Assembly (NCBI RefSeq): GCF_001465295.1
Contig: NZ_CP011034.1
Location: 180,001-212,000, forward strand
DNA from: Pseudoalteromonas translucida KMM 520
GTDB taxonomy: Bacteria; Pseudomonadota; Gammaproteobacteria; Enterobacterales; Alteromonadaceae
Length of the DNA stretch: 32,000 nucleotides
Direction of reading: 5' to 3'
Of the stretch, positions 28,341 to 32,000 are shown piece after piece; the first letter of the stretch is position 1, and each line of letters opens with the position of its first letter. The position numbers were made by a program, and so were the translations under genes. The notes under the pieces were generated by a model. That model worked only from the letters and a program-made list of their open reading frames with translations, searched no databases and was not told the origin of the DNA.

Positions 28341-28679
28341 ATGGTTTTAAATAGGCAAGGGTACGACGATTTAATTATGTACCTAACTCAAAACTTAGCT
28401 TTATTTGAGAAGCCGGGTGAAATAAAACCAGGTGCTCCTACGATTATGGAATTAATCGAAGACGTGATTGCACAAAACGTAATGCTCATATGTCAGCAGC
28501 ACACAGAGCTCACTACAGAGCAGCGTAGCCAAATTGTACGTGAAGTCGATGGCATAGTTTACGATTTACAAGAAGTCCTCAGTAGCATCACCTCGCGGCC
28601 TGTTACGGTAGAGCAACACGTGTTTATTGATGAGTTTGGTGGTTTGGTTAAAAACCTATTTGATAACGCCGTTTCTTAG
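28341..28679 (+). CDS. Hypothetical small cytoplasmic protein (possibly DUF3802-like; recollection only)
   Basis: 112-aa ORF in an otherwise empty 630-nt interval. Composition is coding-like and there is no TM segment or signal peptide. No motif I can name with confidence. Confidence 0.5.
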   Translation: MVLNRQGYDDLIMYLTQNLALFEKPGEIKPGAPTIMELIEDVIAQNVMLICQQHTELTTEQRSQIVREVDGIVYDLQEVLSSITSRPVTVEQHVFIDEFGGLVKNLFDNAVS

Positions 28680-28848
28680 CTTTCAACCCTTCTATATTTT
28701 CCGGTAGCCCGCTTTAAATGCGCTGAGAGTTTTACCACCCTTGCATAAATTTAAGTGCCTTGATCAAGCTCATTTATATTATTGCTGGGCGCTCACTTAT
28801 TAAAGCTGATTGGTATACAATCAAGAAAATAATTTTTGAGGTATAACA

Positions 28849-29262
28849 ATGCAAGCAAATGTAAAATGGGTTGAAGGTAATACCTTTATTGGTCGCTCTA
28901 ATTCAAATCATAATGTTGTATTTGATGGCGGTAGCGACAGTGCTGCACCAAGCCCTATGGAAATGGTATTAATGTCAATCGGCTGTTGTTCATCGGTTGA
29001 TGTAGTGAGCATTTTAAAAAAAGCAAAACAAGATTTTAGCAACGTAGAAGTACAGTTAACGGCAGAGCGCGCCGAAACTGCCCCACGAGTATTTACCAAA
29101 GTTAATTTACACTTTGTAGCAACGGGCAATAATGTGTCTGAAAAGCACCTTGCACGCGCTGTTTCACTCTCTGCTGAAAAGTATTGCTCGGTTGCATTAA
29201 TGCTTGATAAAACAGTAAAAATTACGCATAGCCACGAAGTTGTGCAAGATCAAGTAAAATAA
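28849..29262 (+). CDS. OsmC/Ohr-family protein (YhfA-like)
   Basis: 137-aa ORF with APSPMEMVLMSIGCCSSVDVVSILKK and SAEKYCSV, the two conserved Cys-containing blocks of the OsmC superfamily. Confidence 0.8.
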   Translation: MQANVKWVEGNTFIGRSNSNHNVVFDGGSDSAAPSPMEMVLMSIGCCSSVDVVSILKKAKQDFSNVEVQLTAERAETAPRVFTKVNLHFVATGNNVSEKHLARAVSLSAEKYCSVALMLDKTVKITHSHEVVQDQVK

Positions 29263-29349
29263 CGCTTTTTCCATGAGTAAAATTCGTATAAAATCCGCGA
29301 ACTTTTATTCTGCTAGAGCAGATTTCACTAATTTATAGGTTGGTTTATT

Positions 29350-30162
29350 ATGAACAAACCCTTCGATAAACTTAAACTCCATGGTTTTAATAATTTAACT
29401 AAAAGTTTAAGCTTTAGTATTTACGACATTTGCTATGCAAAGACCGAGCAACAACGTAAAGAATATATTGAATATATCGATGAGCAGTACAGTGCAGATA
29501 GACTAACCGACATTTTAGGTGAAGTTGTTGATATTATAGGTGCTAACATTTTAAATGTAGCGCGCCAAGATTACGAACCGCAAGGTGCAAGCGTAACTAT
29601 TTTGGTTTCAGAAGAGCCGGTAGAAGAGCAGCAAAATTACGATGCTGACGAAGCTCCAGGCCCATTACCAGATTCAGTGGTTGCTCATTTAGATAAAAGC
29701 CATATTTGTGTACACACGTACCCAGAAGCTCACCCTGATGACGGTATTTGTACTTTTCGCGCCGATATTGAAGTGTCAACTTGTGGCATAATATCGCCAC
29801 TTAAAGCGTTAAACTTCCTTATTCATAGCCTAGAGTCAGACGTAGTAACAATTGACTACCGCGTACGTGGTTTTACCCGCGACATAAACGGCGTTAAACA
29901 CTACATTGACCATGCAATTAGCTCAATTCAAAACTTCATGACAGAAGATACCAAAGAAGCGTACCAAATGATGGACGTGAACGTGTATCAAGAAAACCTG
30001 TTCCACACCAAAATGATGTTAAAAGAGACTGATTTAAATACCTATTTATTCGGCCTTTCTACGGATGATTTGTCAGATGAAGAAGAGGAAGAAATTCGCT
30101 CTAAACTGACCCGTGAAATGCAAGAAATATTCTATGGCCGTAACTTGCCAGACCTAGATTAA
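29350..30162 (+). CDS. speD: S-adenosylmethionine decarboxylase proenzyme (E. coli type)
   Basis: [63 protein letters not shown] (self-cleavage K-S site), [13 protein letters not shown] and [12 protein letters not shown] are near-identical to E. coli SpeD. Confidence 0.96.
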   Translation: MNKPFDKLKLHGFNNLTKSLSFSIYDICYAKTEQQRKEYIEYIDEQYSADRLTDILGEVVDIIGANILNVARQDYEPQGASVTILVSEEPVEEQQNYDADEAPGPLPDSVVAHLDKSHICVHTYPEAHPDDGICTFRADIEVSTCGIISPLKALNFLIHSLESDVVTIDYRVRGFTRDINGVKHYIDHAISSIQNFMTEDTKEAYQMMDVNVYQENLFHTKMMLKETDLNTYLFGLSTDDLSDEEEEEIRSKLTREMQEIFYGRNLPDLD

Positions 30163-30181
30163 ATAGCAAAATATAGTCAAT

Positions 30182-30212
30182 AAAAATGGCGCTCAATGAG
30201 CGCCATTTTTTT
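30182..30212. terminator. Bidirectional rho-independent terminator between convergent speD and the serine transporter gene
   Basis: AAAA-ATGGCGCT-caatg-AGCGCCAT-TTTTTT, with A- and T-tracts on both sides. Confidence 0.88.
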
Positions 30213-30255
30213 GTGTTAAAAAACTATAAAAAGCTTATAGCTAGTATATTTAGTA

Positions 30256-31515
30256 TTATTTAAGCATGCTGTAAAGCAAAGCCATTACTGCCATTGAGCC
30301 AACCGCTAATATAAATAAGGTGCTTAAACGATTACGATGTTTGTGCAATGCCGGTACTTTATACACAGCAATCATGGGCATAATAAATAAAATCATCGCA
30401 ATGATAGGGCCAGATAACTGATCCATCATATCGAGTATGCTTGGGTTTTTAACCGCGCAAAACCAAATAGCAAAGAACATTAGTACAGCACCTACCTTAT
30501 CGGCAACTTTAGCGCTTATGTTCGATTGCTTAGTCACCAAGCCAGTAAAGCTTTCGCGTGCACCCAAAAAGTGCCCTAAAAATGACGACATAATCGCAAT
30601 AAACGCCACCAATGGGCCAAGCGTAGCAATAAACGAATTGTCAGTAATGTTGGCAAGGTACGATAAAACCGACACATTCGCCGCTTTTGCCGCCGCCATT
30701 TGCTCGCCAGTTAGTGACAACACACACGAAAACACAAACAGCAATACAAAGGTAATTAACAGCAAGCTGGTACGCTTTAATATCGCCTCAGACTTAGCAA
30801 CCGCTTTATTACCATAATGACCGCGTTGTACGTTAACAAAGCTCGAAATAGCCGCTGCGTGGCTAAACGAAAACACAATAATAGGAATCGACAACCACAA
30901 TGTTTTACCAAAACTACCCACTGCAGGCAGCGCCATATTCGGCATTTGCCAACTAGGGATTAAATACAAGGATAAAAAAAACAATATGCCCACAAGCGGA
31001 TAAACTAAAATAGCAAAAGCGCGAAGCATCAGCTTTTCGCCGCCCATCATTAAGGCAATCATACCTGCAACCAATACACCAGAAAGCAACACCCGCGATG
31101 GCGACTCCATGCCAAGCTGGTTCACCATAAAGCTGTCTACGGTATTGGTTAAACCGACACCGTAAATAAGTAAAATCGGAAAAATAGATAAAAAGTACAG
31201 CAAAGAGATTAACCGACCCGCGGTCACCCCAAAATGCTCCTCTACTACATCGGTAAAGTCAGCATCTTTATTTTTTGACGACAGCACAAACCGCGCTAAA
31301 CCGCGGTGCGCTAAAAAGGTCATTGGAAAGGCCAAGCACGCCATAATAATTAACGGCCAAAAACCGCCAATACCAATATTAATAGGTAAAAATAAAATAC
31401 CGGCACCAACGGCGGTACCAAATAGGCTTAACGTCCACTGTGTGTCGTGTAAAGTCCAAGAAGACTGTTTTGCTGTAGATGCATTAAAATGCGTAGCATC
31501 TTGAGAAGGGGGCAT
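30256..31515 (-). CDS. sdaC: Serine/threonine:H+ symporter, HAAAP family (SdaC/TdcC-like)
   Basis: 419-aa polytopic ORF. WTLSLFGTAVGAGILFLPINIGIGGFWPLIIMACLAFPMTFLAHRGLARFVLSS and FSFSHAAAISSF parallel E. coli SdaC ([25 protein letters not shown]..., FSFNHSPIISSF). The family is certain; the exact paralogue (sdaC, tdcC or yhaO) is not. Confidence 0.85.
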   Translation of the reverse strand: MPPSQDATHFNASTAKQSSWTLHDTQWTLSLFGTAVGAGILFLPINIGIGGFWPLIIMACLAFPMTFLAHRGLARFVLSSKNKDADFTDVVEEHFGVTAGRLISLLYFLSIFPILLIYGVGLTNTVDSFMVNQLGMESPSRVLLSGVLVAGMIALMMGGEKLMLRAFAILVYPLVGILFFLSLYLIPSWQMPNMALPAVGSFGKTLWLSIPIIVFSFSHAAAISSFVNVQRGHYGNKAVAKSEAILKRTSLLLITFVLLFVFSCVLSLTGEQMAAAKAANVSVLSYLANITDNSFIATLGPLVAFIAIMSSFLGHFLGARESFTGLVTKQSNISAKVADKVGAVLMFFAIWFCAVKNPSILDMMDQLSGPIIAMILFIMPMIAVYKVPALHKHRNRLSTLFILAVGSMAVMALLYSMLK

Positions 31516-31839
31516 AAGCTCACCAGTTTTTTTTTTAAGAATAATAATGACGGCAAAGCATATAGTTTTTACTTAATGATTTCATTCGATAAACTAGCTT
31601 AATATTCGGTTATTTGTAGCGTACCAGTTACGCCTGTAATTAATTTGCAACAGCGTTATAAAAGTGAGCAGAGAATGGCAGTGGCTTTAGCTCAACGTTA
31701 AAAATAATAAGCAGGAAAGGTGCATTTAAAGGGGGTTTAATAACTACCCCATAAAATTTATGCACTGCAATCTAAGGTATAATTATTGTAAACCTCACTT
31801 TCCACCTAGGTTGTAAAGTGATTAAAAACAGGAGTTTTT

Positions 31840-32000
31840 GTGATATTTGAAACCTTGTCAGTTAAGCATTTAGCTATGTTATTGCAATTTGAATCAGAAA
31901 ATAAAGCTTGGTTTGAATCAATGCTGCCGCCGAGAGAAGATTACTTTTATCGCGATTTAGGCATTAAAATGCATATTTATGATGCCATTATAAACATGCA
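31840..32000 (+). CDS. GNAT-family N-acetyltransferase (RimJ/RimL-like), 3' end outside window
   Basis: GTG 31840 lies 5 nt after AGGAG (31830-31834), and the frame stays open to the window end. The translation VIFETLSVKHLAMLLQFESENKAWFESMLPPREDYFY resembles the N-terminus of RimJ/L-type GNATs. Only 53 codons are visible. Confidence 0.45.
   Translation, partial: MIFETLSVKHLAMLLQFESENKAWFESMLPPREDYFYRDLGIKMHIYDAIINM

Noticed and set aside
31720-31765. Nested inverted repeat GTGCAT...GGGG(G)-11 nt-CCCC...ATGCAC in the sdaC/GNAT intergenic region, considered as a possible sRNA or riboswitch.
   Set aside because: It has only 6 + 4 bp of pairing with large internal loops, no flanking promoter/terminator pair, and no resemblance to riboswitch cores I know (glycine, for example). 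This is insufficient evidence.

Overview
This 32-kb window reads like ordinary chromosomal core DNA of an AT-rich marine gammaproteobacterium. Protein sequences and E. coli-like micro-synteny (yihY-dtd-yiiD; pabA near argD/astC) suggest an Alteromonadales/Pseudoalteromonas-like organism, but that is inference only. I call 30 protein-coding genes (two cut by the window edges), one lysine riboswitch with a candidate promoter, nine hairpin terminator candidates and one short tandem repeat. Gene order: yihY-dtd; a spermidine-synthase-like methyltransferase; fabY/yiiD; pldA; an L-box-controlled operon (dapA-like, short dapD-like, divergent type-III PLP decarboxylase, AstE/AspA-family deacylase); a Tag-like protein plus selO; an OmpA-family protein; acnB; an IDO-family 2OG dioxygenase plus a class-V PLP enzyme; a P4H-like 2OG oxygenase; a hotdog thioesterase; glpK-glpD; ydcH; pabA; an HDOD-like protein; astC-astA-astD; an unknown small protein; an OsmC-like protein; speD; an SdaC-like transporter; a GNAT fragment. 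I found no rRNA, tRNA, CRISPR array, transposase, integrase, prophage or recognisable defence genes. The best candidate for something undescribed is the lysine-riboswitch operon at 4.1-8.7 kb, whose gene set suggests a non-canonical end of the succinylase lysine pathway. The second is the dioxygenase/PLP/oxygenase/thioesterase cluster at 15.4-18.5 kb. Both functional proposals are hypotheses from reading the sequence. No database search or folding computation was possible, and reference motifs are quoted from memory.
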